64,000 nt of DNA from a virus (IMGVR_UViG_3300049827_000271:10404-74403), one strand, 5' to 3'; positions 47,307 to 56,600 are shown, counted from the stretch's first letter. Notes: a model not told the origin generated them from the letters alone. Numbers and translations: made by a program.

Positions 47307-48238
47307 TGGACTTCGACACCAGCAATCTGAATCAATACGTAGGTGCCCACGCGGGCTGGCCATTCGCGGACTACGCCAAGTTTCCGGCGGTAAACGCCAG
47401 CCTGCTAAAGCGGCTGGCCGATACCAACCCGTTGAAAACCCAGCACTCGCTGACCGAACCGGAAGAGGAAGAAGTGCCCGAATACTTCATCATCGGCACC
47501 TGCGTTCACCAGCTTGTGCTGGAACCGGATCGTCCATTGCCAGCAATGGCCGTTCCACCCAAGCAATATCCAGCCCCAGCCGATTGCTCGTTGGTCAAAC
47601 AAAAGAAGGTCGCCGCCGGGGACATGATCGACTGGTCTGGAAACGCGACCTATTGCAAACAATGGATTGCCGAGCAAAAGGCTGCGGGCAAGCTTGTGTT
47701 GAGCGAGCGCGCGTACGAGGCCATGCACGGGATGGCCCGCGCGATAGCCCGGCACAAGACGGCCCGGCGCTTCTTCGAGATGCGGGACGGCAGAAGCGAA
47801 CTCACGCTCGTCTGGCAGGACAGGCAGACCGGGCTGTATTGCAAGGCCCGCGCTGACTGGGTTCCGCCCGCGCCGTCCACAGACCTTCCGGACATCAAAA
47901 CCTCGCGGGATGCCAACCCGAAATTCTGGTCCAAAACCGCATTTGACCTCTTCTACCACATCCAGGCCGCGCACTATCTAATCGGCTGGAATACGCTGAA
48001 CGGACCAACGGATACCCGGTCGCAATGGCCCATCATCTGCGTAGAGAGCGAAGCCCCCTACGACGTAGTGGTGTTTCACCCGGAACCAGAGTGGATAAAT
48101 GACGGGGCAGAAATGCGCCGCCGCCTTCTGGAGTTGTGGGCCGACTGCATCATGCACAACACCTTCCCAGGTTACGCAGAAGACCCAATGCCGCTAGTCC
48201 TCCCAGATTGGCGCAAGCGCGAGAAAGGAATGCTGTGA
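47306..48238 (+). CDS. PD-(D/E)XK exonuclease, RecE / exonuclease VIII C-terminal-like
   Basis: NASLLK, GTCVHQLVLEP, CKARADW, DIKTS, YHIQAAHY. Confidence 0.9.
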   Translation: MDFDTSNLNQYVGAHAGWPFADYAKFPAVNASLLKRLADTNPLKTQHSLTEPEEEEVPEYFIIGTCVHQLVLEPDRPLPAMAVPPKQYPAPADCSLVKQKKVAAGDMIDWSGNATYCKQWIAEQKAAGKLVLSERAYEAMHGMARAIARHKTARRFFEMRDGRSELTLVWQDRQTGLYCKARADWVPPAPSTDLPDIKTSRDANPKFWSKTAFDLFYHIQAAHYLIGWNTLNGPTDTRSQWPIICVESEAPYDVVVFHPEPEWINDGAEMRRRLLELWADCIMHNTFPGYAEDPMPLVLPDWRKREKGML

Positions 48239-48816
48239 ACTACTCACTCATCTTCGACACGGAGACGACGGGCAAGCTCGACTTCAAACTCCCGCCCGAT
48301 CACATTACGCAACCAAGGGTTGTCCAACTGGCCGCCATGCTACTGGATGAAAAATGGATGGAGGTCCAAGCCATGAACTTCATCATCAAGCCCGGCGCGT
48401 TCACCATCCCGGACGAGGCGGCGGAGATTCACGGGATCGACACCGATACCGCCAGCCGGATTGGGGTCAACCTCTATCACGCGCTGGGCGCCTTTGTAAA
48501 GCTGGCGTCTGTCGCCAGCGAGAAAGTGGCGTTCAACATCGAATTCGATGTGGCACTCATCACCGGAGAGCTTTCCCGCACGGGCTACAGCAACTTCGCG
48601 GGACTGCTCCAGAAGGGTCAGTTCTGCGTGATGAAGGCGATGACCCCCATCTGCAAACTGCCCGGACAACACAATGACTACAAGTGGCCAAAGCTCCAAG
48701 AGGCGCACAAACACGCATTTGGCGCTGAATTCGACGGGGCGCACGATGCAATGGCGGACGTGCGGGCCACCGCCGCGCTCTACCGCTGGCTGAAAGAGGG
48801 AGGGGCCAAGGCGTGA
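48235..48816 (+). CDS. DnaQ-like DEDDh 3'-5' exonuclease
   Basis: FDTETTG, AFNIEFD, AHDAMADV. Confidence 0.92.
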   Translation: MNYSLIFDTETTGKLDFKLPPDHITQPRVVQLAAMLLDEKWMEVQAMNFIIKPGAFTIPDEAAEIHGIDTDTASRIGVNLYHALGAFVKLASVASEKVAFNIEFDVALITGELSRTGYSNFAGLLQKGQFCVMKAMTPICKLPGQHNDYKWPKLQEAHKHAFGAEFDGAHDAMADVRATAALYRWLKEGGAKA

Positions 48817-49148
48817 ATTCAACCCTGATTATCAAACCGGAGTTAGGGCATATACTTCTGGAACCGGAAGATCATCTGGCCGGAGGCACATACCGAAGGA
48901 CGGAAGACCACGGAGCGACATGGAAAAATGTCCGCGTGACACCAAGCCATAGATGGTTTGAGAAATCCGTGGGCCGAATTTGCGCTGGACGGCCAGGACG
49001 GGCTTTGGCCGTGCTGCCGGATATATTCACCACAATCAAACAGAAGGCTCACCATATCCGCGGTCGAAAAAAGATTCACCTGCTAAGCCTGGGGAGCCTA
49101 TGCTACCCAACCCCAAAAGAACTAGCTTCCATTTTCAAAAGAAAATGA
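48813..49148 (+). CDS. hypothetical protein
   Basis: Coupled to neighbours on both sides. Confidence 0.55.
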   Translation: MNSTLIIKPELGHILLEPEDHLAGGTYRRTEDHGATWKNVRVTPSHRWFEKSVGRICAGRPGRALAVLPDIFTTIKQKAHHIRGRKKIHLLSLGSLCYPTPKELASIFKRK

Positions 49149-49786
49149 TCACCACATCCGACAAACTGAAATCCATCCAGAGCGAAACCTTCACCCATTG
49201 CGCGAAGGTGATGGAGGCCAAGAACCACGACTATTGCGCCGGGTCCGCTGATGCGCTGGCCAACTTTCGCATGGCCACTGCCATCGGATTAACCCCGATC
49301 CAAGGAGTGCTCCTGCGGGTCATGGACAAAATTCAGCGCATCCGCACCTTCGACAATTCCTGCACGCTCAAGGTGCCGGAGTCGGCGTGCGATGCGTGCG
49401 ATGACATCGTGAACTATGCGGTGCTGATCAAGGCGCTGTTGCTGGAAAAAACCCAACAGGAAGCCATGCAGTCCAAGATCGAGAACCGCGAGATTGAATC
49501 GACCGGAGGCGTGTTCTTGGATGGTTTGGCCAAAGCGATTGGCAAACCGAAAGCAACATCGGAAGTTTCAACTGAAGGCTTGGGCTGCGAGGGGTTAAAA
49601 GATTGGGCCGGCACTCATCACTCGAACGAAAAGGCCATCCACGCGCGCGTGCTCGCCGTTGACACCGATGTCGTGACGGAAGCGGAGATCAAGGAAATGA
49701 TCGACCGATCTCAGCCGGTCATTATACGATACAGCGGGCAAAGATTCAGAGTTTTAGGCAATGACGCACAAGACCTGATCACATGA
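49145..49786 (+). CDS. DUF1599 / nucleotide-modification-associated domain 1-like protein
   Basis: KNHDY...ANF...RVMDKIQRI...DACDDIVNY. Confidence 0.75.
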   Translation: MITTSDKLKSIQSETFTHCAKVMEAKNHDYCAGSADALANFRMATAIGLTPIQGVLLRVMDKIQRIRTFDNSCTLKVPESACDACDDIVNYAVLIKALLLEKTQQEAMQSKIENREIESTGGVFLDGLAKAIGKPKATSEVSTEGLGCEGLKDWAGTHHSNEKAIHARVLAVDTDVVTEAEIKEMIDRSQPVIIRYSGQRFRVLGNDAQDLIT

Positions 49787-50208
49787 CTCCTCCATTCACC
49801 ACCTCCGACTACATAGCTATGAAAGAGCGCACGGACAGGGCCAGGCTCAAAGGCGGAACACTGTCTCCGATGACCGCGCCGCGTCACGGTATCGACGATC
49901 TTCCGCCAAATCCGTCACCCAAGGCGCTGCTGGAGCGGCATCTCCACGAGGACATCATCAGACACTGCAACCAACAGTGGCCGAGATGGAAATACATTCA
50001 CGCCAGGATGGACCAGAAATCCACCATCCAAGAGGGGGCGCAGGACTTCACGATCTTCATGCCCGGAAACCGGACCTTGTGCGTGGAGTGCAAGCGGCCC
50101 GGTGAGAAGCCCACCGCCGAACAGCGGGCTTGGGCCAAGGAGATGGAGATGCTGGGGCACACCGTACACGTCATTACAACAATGGAACAGTTCAAGGCGC
50201 TGCTGTGA
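49783..50208 (+). CDS. VRR-NUC domain nuclease
   Basis: E..L, GAQD, VECKRPGEKPTAEQRAW. Confidence 0.85.
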   Translation: MTPPFTTSDYIAMKERTDRARLKGGTLSPMTAPRHGIDDLPPNPSPKALLERHLHEDIIRHCNQQWPRWKYIHARMDQKSTIQEGAQDFTIFMPGNRTLCVECKRPGEKPTAEQRAWAKEMEMLGHTVHVITTMEQFKALL

Positions 50209-50276
50209 TCTCAACCCAGAAAAACTTTTTCCGAACCCGCGGCCTGCGCTGGGCCGCGCGACAGTCCAGAACACCT

Positions 50277-50687
50277 ATGAACACACCACCAAACACTACA
50301 CCAACCATCGAACAAGAACATCACCTGCTGGTAAAACGGCTGGCCAAACCGGGACCGGAGATCGCGCAGGATTTTCTGCGTGATCCAGGCAAGGCCCATC
50401 TCATGCACATGATCGTCGGGATCATGGGAGAGGCCGGGGAATTGCTGGACACAGTAAAGAAGCACTGCATCTACAACAAGCCGCTCGATGTCACCAACAT
50501 CGAAGAAGAATTGGGCGATCTCGAATTCTACACGCGCGGCCTGCGAGATGCGCTGGGGATCGAACGAGACTATACGCTTCGGATGAATATAGCCAAGCTC
50601 AACACGCGCTACCCGGAGGGCTACACAGATCGGGCCGCGCAGAAGCGAGCGGACAAGGAATTTGAAAAGGAGGCGTCCAATGGCTGA
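50277..50687 (+). CDS. MazG-like nucleoside triphosphate pyrophosphohydrolase
   Basis: GIMGEAGELLD, EEELGDLEFY, NIAKLNTRYPEGY. Confidence 0.9.
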   Translation: MNTPPNTTPTIEQEHHLLVKRLAKPGPEIAQDFLRDPGKAHLMHMIVGIMGEAGELLDTVKKHCIYNKPLDVTNIEEELGDLEFYTRGLRDALGIERDYTLRMNIAKLNTRYPEGYTDRAAQKRADKEFEKEASNG

Positions 50688-51348
50688 CCAGAAACGCAAC
50701 CGCACCGTATTCGGACGCATGGAAATCGACTACCCTGCCGGGGCGGTCAGTGTGATCGGGCAGCAATGCGATGGCATCCATGTTCACACCAAGAAGTGTC
50801 AGGACGAAAGGGTTATACCTTTCGACGCCCTGATTGACAGCGATCCGGGCCGCCGCCGGTTCTCGGCGTTGGGCGCGGAGTGGGACTCCAAATTCACCAC
50901 CTCCGGATTTCTGCTCAAGAAAGCGTGGCAGCCGTGGGATCGCGCCAAACTCATCACTTGGCAGATGCTAGCCGAGGCCGCGGTAGGCCAGTTCCATCTG
51001 GATTTTGGAGCAGAGCGCGCCACGGTCACTGCTGTAAGCCCTCCGGAGCCGAGCGTAGAACTTTATCCATTATCAGGCCAAAATCCGCAAGCTCCCTACG
51101 GAAAGATTGAGATTGGAACCTCAGAGCAGATTCCCAACCCAAGACTTCGTGACGGCTGGAGCCTGTGGATTGAAAACAGAACTTGGTGTGTTGCGCCAAA
51201 AATTGATCCTGAGCATTTCGGAAAACACGCATACATGGATGATATGGGAGATTGTCCATGTGGGTGCATAATGAACCAGACCTCCTCAAGCGGCCCGGTC
51301 GATCCGTTCGGCCCGTGCCCGCTCAACCCGCTGGAGGTGACTCCATGA
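50680..51348 (+). CDS. hypothetical protein with a C-terminal Cys cluster
   Basis: SD AAGGAGG; CPCGC...GPCP.NP. Confidence 0.6.
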   Translation: MADQKRNRTVFGRMEIDYPAGAVSVIGQQCDGIHVHTKKCQDERVIPFDALIDSDPGRRRFSALGAEWDSKFTTSGFLLKKAWQPWDRAKLITWQMLAEAAVGQFHLDFGAERATVTAVSPPEPSVELYPLSGQNPQAPYGKIEIGTSEQIPNPRLRDGWSLWIENRTWCVAPKIDPEHFGKHAYMDDMGDCPCGCIMNQTSSSGPVDPFGPCPLNPLEVTP

Positions 51349-51608
51349 GTTGGCTGAAAGACGATCCGCGCCCGCTCCTATATGCGGTGGATGGAGACGG
51401 GCAGAAACTGATGCACCATAAGAAACCCCGCTATTTCAGGTTGACCGGAAACCAGTCTAGCACCGGAGGCGGAACACCTGAGAATTGTCCAGTGGAAGTG
51501 GAGTATGTGGATGGAAGCAATGGGTGGATTCACCCATCATCTATTCGAGTGCTCGTTGAAGCGACCCGCGTAGGCTCGCCTGCACCGACGGTTAGGACTA
51601 CGGTATGA
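51345..51608 (+). CDS. hypothetical protein
   Basis: SD GGAGG, ATGA overlaps. Confidence 0.6.
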   Translation: MSWLKDDPRPLLYAVDGDGQKLMHHKKPRYFRLTGNQSSTGGGTPENCPVEVEYVDGSNGWIHPSSIRVLVEATRVGSPAPTVRTTV

Positions 51609-51826
51609 AATCAAAAATAACACAAAAAGACGGACTGAAACTCTCAACGGCTCTCGACGCGCTCGCGCTCGCGCTGGCCGGTCACAAGCACAAATGGACT
51701 GCAAAACAACGGTCTGCTTACGAGCGTGCCGTGTCGGTGCTCGGCAAAACCTTCGCAGGTGAAGTGCCGCCGCCACGGCGGCGCAATACTCAGGAACACC
51801 GGAGACTTTATTCCGAACGACCATGA
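51605..51826 (+). CDS. hypothetical protein
   Basis: ATGA overlaps; 3' end lies in a degenerate attC-like site. Confidence 0.55.
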   Translation: MKSKITQKDGLKLSTALDALALALAGHKHKWTAKQRSAYERAVSVLGKTFAGEVPPPRRRNTQEHRRLYSERP

Positions 51827-51896
51827 CAACCGAATCACCGAAACCGTCCGACGAAGCCAAAGCGGGGGCACTACTGCCTCCAGCGATGGGTTCAAC
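51744..51896 (-). other. degenerate attC-like site
   Basis: Good left arm GTTGAAC-CCATC-GCTGGAGGCAGTAGTGCC; eroded right arm GGCACTTCACCTGC...GTTTTGC. Confidence 0.45.
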
Positions 51897-52038
51897 CAAC
51901 TACAACTCACGCCAAGAGACAAACGAACACATCCTGCGCGTGCGCGAACTCGGTTGGTCGGCCGCCCAAGCTCAGCGACGGCAGCCGACAGCGCCGCCGC
52001 GAGCGCAAAAGAAAGGAAAAAATCACGATGATCTCTGA
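51823..52038 (+). CDS. cassette-borne hypothetical protein
   Basis: Both termini are encoded by attC-like arms. Confidence 0.5.
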   Translation: MTTESPKPSDEAKAGALLPPAMGSTNYNSRQETNEHILRVRELGWSAAQAQRRQPTAPPRAQKKGKNHDDL

Positions 52039-52080
52039 ACGTAAAGCGTGGCTGCCGTTCGCTGAAGTGCATAGTTCGGC
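51957..52080 (-). other. attC-like site with a mutated R' core
   Basis: GCCGAAC-TATGC-ACT(T)CAGCGA(A)CGGCAGCC ... GGCTGCCGTCGCTGAGC-TTGGGC-GGCCGAC. Confidence 0.75.
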
Positions 52081-52309
52081 GACCTGCTGCCTGTGCAACT
52101 GGACAAACGTAAACCTCTTAAACCTAGGAGAACCCGGAGCACCGCGATGGACGTGCCACGGCTGCTGCAAGCGAATGCTCGATACACTGGAGAAACTCCG
52201 AGAAGGAGACTTCGCTGGCACGCCAATCAATCGCGGCAGTTCTGCGATGCTGCTCATAGATGAAACGCTGTCGTCTAACAAAGAACAGGCCGCACTGCGT
52301 ACACCATGA
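52028..52309 (+). CDS. cassette-borne small Zn-finger-like protein
   Basis: CCLC...CHGC; SD AAAGGA and ATG lie inside the attC loop. Confidence 0.6.
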   Translation: MISERKAWLPFAEVHSSATCCLCNWTNVNLLNLGEPGAPRWTCHGCCKRMLDTLEKLREGDFAGTPINRGSSAMLLIDETLSSNKEQAALRTP

Positions 52310-52536
52310 ACAGGACACTTGGACAGATTCGCCGGAAAAGATTCTCCCTAATGCGGGCCGCCAAGGAGCGGAAACGTCTGGCCAGCCAGCCTACGGAACG
52401 GGAGCCTAGAATAGAAAAGTTTCATCGGATGGAAGTGACAGTAAAAGACCGTCTCACAGGAGAATCCGGTTCCGCGGAGATCAAGAGTGCCCGCCATGCG
52501 GCCAGACTGTTTCAGTGCTTTTTCGGGAGCATTTAG
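52306..52536 (+). CDS. basic hypothetical protein
   Basis: ATGA overlap. Confidence 0.55.
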   Translation: MNRTLGQIRRKRFSLMRAAKERKRLASQPTEREPRIEKFHRMEVTVKDRLTGESGSAEIKSARHAARLFQCFFGSI

Positions 52537-52549
52537 CGCAATATCCATC

Positions 52550-52777
52550 ATGCCCGTCAACACACTGAAATCCATCTCTAAATGGCAGGCGGACTACCGC
52601 CGCTACCTGTCAGACGTGCGACGCCAGCAACCGGCGCCGATCATGCCCGCCGAACCCGCGCTGGAAACCCCAATGGAGCGCGCCGTGCTCGCGGAGGCCA
52701 AGCGACAGGAAGACTTGGCGCACGCCAGGGCGCTGGATCGACAGCAGGCAAACCCGTACTGGAAGAAACCGAGTTGA
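52550..52777 (+). CDS. hypothetical protein
   Basis: 75 aa, co-oriented. Confidence 0.5.
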   Translation: MPVNTLKSISKWQADYRRYLSDVRRQQPAPIMPAEPALETPMERAVLAEAKRQEDLAHARALDRQQANPYWKKPS

Positions 52778-52970
52778 CATTTTTTCCGGCCAGCCGATGT
52801 TGGCCGGAAATCTCCCGCGAGCGGCGCGGGACTGCGGCCCGTGACGGGGCCGGTAAAACCGTGGTAAGCATGAACATTGATCCATCCAGTCTGCCCGTGG
52901 CGATCCCGCCCATCTTCGGCCCCGCCGGAGAGCCACGGCCCGTCACCGTCGCGGGCAGACTGGGTGGATT
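52774..52970 (+). promoter_or_regulatory. highly structured leader / candidate ncRNA upstream of ssb
   Basis: TTGACA followed by three hairpins and a ~22-bp stem (52880-52901 / 52948-52969) with G-U pairs. Confidence 0.55.
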
Positions 52971-52990
52971 TTCTATCACAAACTACACTT

Positions 52991-53428
52991 ATGGCATCAT
53001 TCAATAAAGTAATTTTAGCCGGAAATCTGTGCCGCGACCCGGAGGTCCGCTACACTCCCAAGGGAACGGCGGTCTGCAAATTCTCCATCGCGGTCAACCG
53101 CAAGTGGAAGAACGAGGCTGGAGAACAGAAGGAGGACGTGACCTTTGTGGACATCGACTCGTTTGGTAAGCAGGCGGAAACCGTGGCGCAATGGTTCAAG
53201 AAGGGGAATCCAATTCTGGTGGAGGGCCGGCTCAAGCTGGATCAGTGGGAGGACAAGAATACAAAGGAAAAGCGGAGCAAGCTTGGTGTGGTGTTGGAAG
53301 GGTTTTCGTTCTTGGGCGGAAAGTCAGATGCGGCCCCCAAGGAATCACAAGCCTCCAATCCGGAGGCAAGCGCTGGACAGGCGGCGTCTCCGCCTCCAGC
53401 CGGAGATGATTCGGACATTCCGTTTTGA
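52991..53428 (+). CDS. ssb: single-stranded DNA-binding protein
   Basis: NKVILAGNLCRDPEVRYTP, VEGRL, acidic DSDIPF tail. Confidence 0.97.
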   Translation: MASFNKVILAGNLCRDPEVRYTPKGTAVCKFSIAVNRKWKNEAGEQKEDVTFVDIDSFGKQAETVAQWFKKGNPILVEGRLKLDQWEDKNTKEKRSKLGVVLEGFSFLGGKSDAAPKESQASNPEASAGQAASPPPAGDDSDIPF

Positions 53429-53440
53429 CCCGCTTCCGGT

Positions 53441-55465
53441 ATGACTGACATTATCTCCAGCTTCCGCCAAGCACTCCATGCCTCTGGCTTGGAGTATGAC
53501 GGCCCGATCCACGCGGACGGGACCATTCACCGATTCTCCAATAACGGCGACGAAGAGCGGAATAGCTGGTATCTACTGCATCCAGACGGAATTCCATCCG
53601 GAGCGTTTGGATGCTGGAAGCGGTCGATCAGCCAGACTTGGTGTTCCAAGTCCAAGAACGAGATGTCCCGCGAGGAGATGTCTGCGTTCTCCCGCCTCTG
53701 CGCGGAGGCCCGGCGCATGGCCGACGAGAAACAGGCGGCCATGCACGCGCTGGCCCAGGAGACGGCGAAGGAATTGTTCGAGCGGCTCCCCGGCGCTACA
53801 GGCGATCATCCGTATCTGCGGCGCAAGGGGGTAAAAGCACACGGAGACATCAAGGTGGATGAGCGCGGAAACCTGGTCATCCCCCTCCGGGACGAGCATG
53901 GTGATGTCTGGTCTGTCCAGACCATTTCACCAGATGGGGAAAAACGCTACATGTCAGGCGGACGCAAGCGCGGCTGCATGTTCTCCATCGCCAAGGCGGA
54001 GATGGGACCGCTCATCATCGCGGAAGGCTACGCAACGGGAGCCACATTGCACGAGGCCACAGGATACTCCGTAACCTGCGCGATGGACTCGCATGGATTG
54101 GAGGCCGCCGCCGTGGCCGCCCGAACCGCCTACCCGGATCGCCGGATCGTCATCGCCGCCGATTGCGACAAGTGGGACAAAGATGGGAAACTCCGCAAAG
54201 ACCCAAGCGGAAAGCTGCTCAATCCAGGCAAAGACGCGGCGGATAAGGCAGCGCGGGCGGCGGGCGCAACCGTGGCCTATCACGATTTTAAGGAGCCGAA
54301 CACAGGCTCGGACTTCAACGATTTGGCCAAACTCGCCTCTTTGCGAGAGGTCAAGCGGATGATCGACCGTGCGATCCCGGAGTGCAGTAAACGTATAACA
54401 ATCGAAGAACTTATGAATCATGTAAAAAATGAAGACCCAACCAACTTACTAGGCGACCGATGGCTGTGCCAGGGCGGATCATGTCTGATCGTCGGGCCAA
54501 CCCATGTTGGAAAGTCATCACTGGCCCTGCAAATGGCCGTCTTCTGGGCATTGGGCATGTCGTTTTACGGGATAAAGCCGGCGCGACCGCTGCGGAGCGT
54601 GTTCATCCAGGCGGAAAATGATACCGGGGACATAGCTGAGATGATCCAAGGCATCCTTCTTGGGGGAGGACTGATCCGGGATGACTTGGCGGCCAACGAA
54701 GAGATTATGAGGATGCTGGACGCAAACCTGTTCATCGTCCGGGACCAGACTCATGTGGGAGAGGCGTTCGCCGTTTTCATCAGGGAGTTGATCTCTTTTT
54801 ACAAGCCGGACCTGTGCTGGGGCGACCCGCTCATGTCCTACTACGGGGATGACATCAACAACCAGCAGGCGGCTACGAAGTTCTGCCGAGAGTTGATCAA
54901 TCCAATTGCCGAGCGCACCGGGGTCACATTCATCTTCCTCCACCACACGGGCAAGCCGATGAAGGACGCGGCCAAGACCACCAAGGGCTGGGCCTCGGGA
55001 GATTACGCCTACATGGGGATGGGGAGTTCCGAGTTCTCCAATTGGGCTCGGGCCATCATCTGCGTGGTCCGCACCGCCGAGGACGAGTTCAAGTGTATTT
55101 TCGCCAAGCGCGGCTGGCGGGCGGGGGCGAAAGCCGACGACGGAACGGTCACGAACGAACTGCTGCTCGCCCACTCGGCGGAGCACATTCACTGGAAACA
55201 GATTCCGCAACCCCCAGAGAAAGAGGAGGAGGAGGAGGGTGCGTGCGCCGCGTTCGCCAAGCGGCTGATCGGAGAGAACCTGACGGCCACCCAAGTCGTC
55301 CACCGGGCGTCCAAGGATATGAAGCGGGGCATCCGCACCGTCTGGAAGCTGTGGGGCCAGGGCCAGGGCGCGCTCGGAAAGATGTTCCGACAAGACCCGG
55401 CGACCAAACTCTATACCCCGCTCAACGCGGCCATGCCGGTTGCGCGGGGGTGCAAGGATGACTGA
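53441..55465 (+). CDS. Toprim primase fused to a RepA/AAA_25-type helicase
   Basis: HPYLRRKG, AEGYATG, AADCD, DFND; Walker A GPTHVGKS, DPL, HHTGK. Confidence 0.92.
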   Translation: MTDIISSFRQALHASGLEYDGPIHADGTIHRFSNNGDEERNSWYLLHPDGIPSGAFGCWKRSISQTWCSKSKNEMSREEMSAFSRLCAEARRMADEKQAAMHALAQETAKELFERLPGATGDHPYLRRKGVKAHGDIKVDERGNLVIPLRDEHGDVWSVQTISPDGEKRYMSGGRKRGCMFSIAKAEMGPLIIAEGYATGATLHEATGYSVTCAMDSHGLEAAAVAARTAYPDRRIVIAADCDKWDKDGKLRKDPSGKLLNPGKDAADKAARAAGATVAYHDFKEPNTGSDFNDLAKLASLREVKRMIDRAIPECSKRITIEELMNHVKNEDPTNLLGDRWLCQGGSCLIVGPTHVGKSSLALQMAVFWALGMSFYGIKPARPLRSVFIQAENDTGDIAEMIQGILLGGGLIRDDLAANEEIMRMLDANLFIVRDQTHVGEAFAVFIRELISFYKPDLCWGDPLMSYYGDDINNQQAATKFCRELINPIAERTGVTFIFLHHTGKPMKDAAKTTKGWASGDYAYMGMGSSEFSNWARAIICVVRTAEDEFKCIFAKRGWRAGAKADDGTVTNELLLAHSAEHIHWKQIPQPPEKEEEEEGACAAFAKRLIGENLTATQVVHRASKDMKRGIRTVWKLWGQGQGALGKMFRQDPATKLYTPLNAAMPVARGCKDD

Positions 55466-55721
55466 CCGTGCGCCACGTCTATCCATTAACCGACGAATTA
55501 TGCTAGACCTAGAACAAATCAAACTCATCGGCTCCATCAACGCGCTGCGCGAGCAGATCGAATCCCGGCTGTGGATCGTGCGCAACAACTGCTTCAACGA
55601 CTACGTGGACGGCCCGGCATACATCTGCTTGGGCAAGTGCATCGAAAGAGCCCGCTCCGAGCTTAGGGATGTTGAAGCCCTGCTCCAAGAGATGAATCGG
55701 CTGGACGGAAGGAGCCAGTAG
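55458..55721 (+). CDS. hypothetical coiled-coil protein
   Basis: Overlaps the primase stop. Confidence 0.5.
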   Translation: MTDRAPRLSINRRIMLDLEQIKLIGSINALREQIESRLWIVRNNCFNDYVDGPAYICLGKCIERARSELRDVEALLQEMNRLDGRSQ

Positions 55722-55722
55722 T

Positions 55723-56190
55723 ATGTGCGACCATAATTCTCCTGCTGAACCCATCTCCGCGGCCTGCCCGGCGCCCTCTGACAGCACCGCTGGAGACTTC
55801 AAACTCCCCCTGGCAAACGCGCCGTGTTTCTTGGCCGGGGTGAATCAGACCGCGCCGCTCCGTCCGGGGGACGAAGAGAGTAGTGGGGCACACTCCACTC
55901 TTGCCCCCGGCGGCGCGGCGCAAGCTGAAAGAATCGAATGGATTGACTTGCTCATCGTTCCGCAGGACGTGGACCGCGTGCGTATTTCCGAGATGATCCG
56001 TGAAGTTGGAGGAGTGCTCTCATGGCATGATGAAGACATGCGCGCCGGATTGCCGCTCAATGCTGCGGTGGGCGCTTTTCCAGGAAGAGCCGATGATGTT
56101 CGCAGCACGATGCTGAAGCTACGCGGACACAACGACCCAAGCTCTGCCACATGGCGGGGCGGAAAGGACTCCAAATGCAAAGTGAACTGA
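55723..56190 (+). CDS. hypothetical protein whose C-terminus is encoded by an attC-like arm
   Basis: Ends ...GHN-DPSSATWRGGKDSKCKVN inside the 56127-56227 site. Confidence 0.5.
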   Translation: MCDHNSPAEPISAACPAPSDSTAGDFKLPLANAPCFLAGVNQTAPLRPGDEESSGAHSTLAPGGAAQAERIEWIDLLIVPQDVDRVRISEMIREVGGVLSWHDEDMRAGLPLNAAVGAFPGRADDVRSTMLKLRGHNDPSSATWRGGKDSKCKVN

Positions 56191-56227
56191 ATCGCCCCGC
56201 CATGTCGGCAGCAGCGCATGGTTTGGC
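56127..56227 (-). other. attC-like recombination site
   Basis: GCCAAAC-CATGC-GCT(G)CTGCC(G)ACATGGCGGGGCG ... CGCCCCGCCATGTGGCAGAGC-TTGGGTC-GTTGTGT. Confidence 0.85.
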
Positions 56228-56588
56228 AAAAAACCCACATGACTCAATGACGGCATGGGATAGAAGCTGGAAACCTCACCATCTTCCAATGTGGGCGAGA
56301 AAATCTATCCGACTGGATGCGATAAAAAAAGACAACTGGCGTGCCTATCCAGGATGGCCAGTCAACAACCATGCCGAGGCACACCTTCCGCACGAACTGT
56401 TTGACCATTGGGGCAGCGTAAAGCGCGGTAAAACACGCGCACTCATAGCGCAACCCTATGGCGAACATGATGCACTCGCGAAATCATTCGCATCCGAACT
56501 CGGATGGTCAGTCAAATCTTTCACGCCCGGCCCGTGGAATGATGGAACGTGGTGCTACGAGTTTTTGCCGAACAATGCGCAATCCTAA
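56175..56588 (+). CDS. cassette-borne hypothetical protein
   Basis: SD AAAGGA and ATG in the attC loop; FDHWG...QPY...PW motif; ends LPN-NAQS. Confidence 0.7.
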   Translation: MQSELNRPAMSAAAHGLAKNPHDSMTAWDRSWKPHHLPMWARKSIRLDAIKKDNWRAYPGWPVNNHAEAHLPHELFDHWGSVKRGKTRALIAQPYGEHDALAKSFASELGWSVKSFTPGPWNDGTWCYEFLPNNAQS

Positions 56589-56600
56589 ACCGAGTACGCC

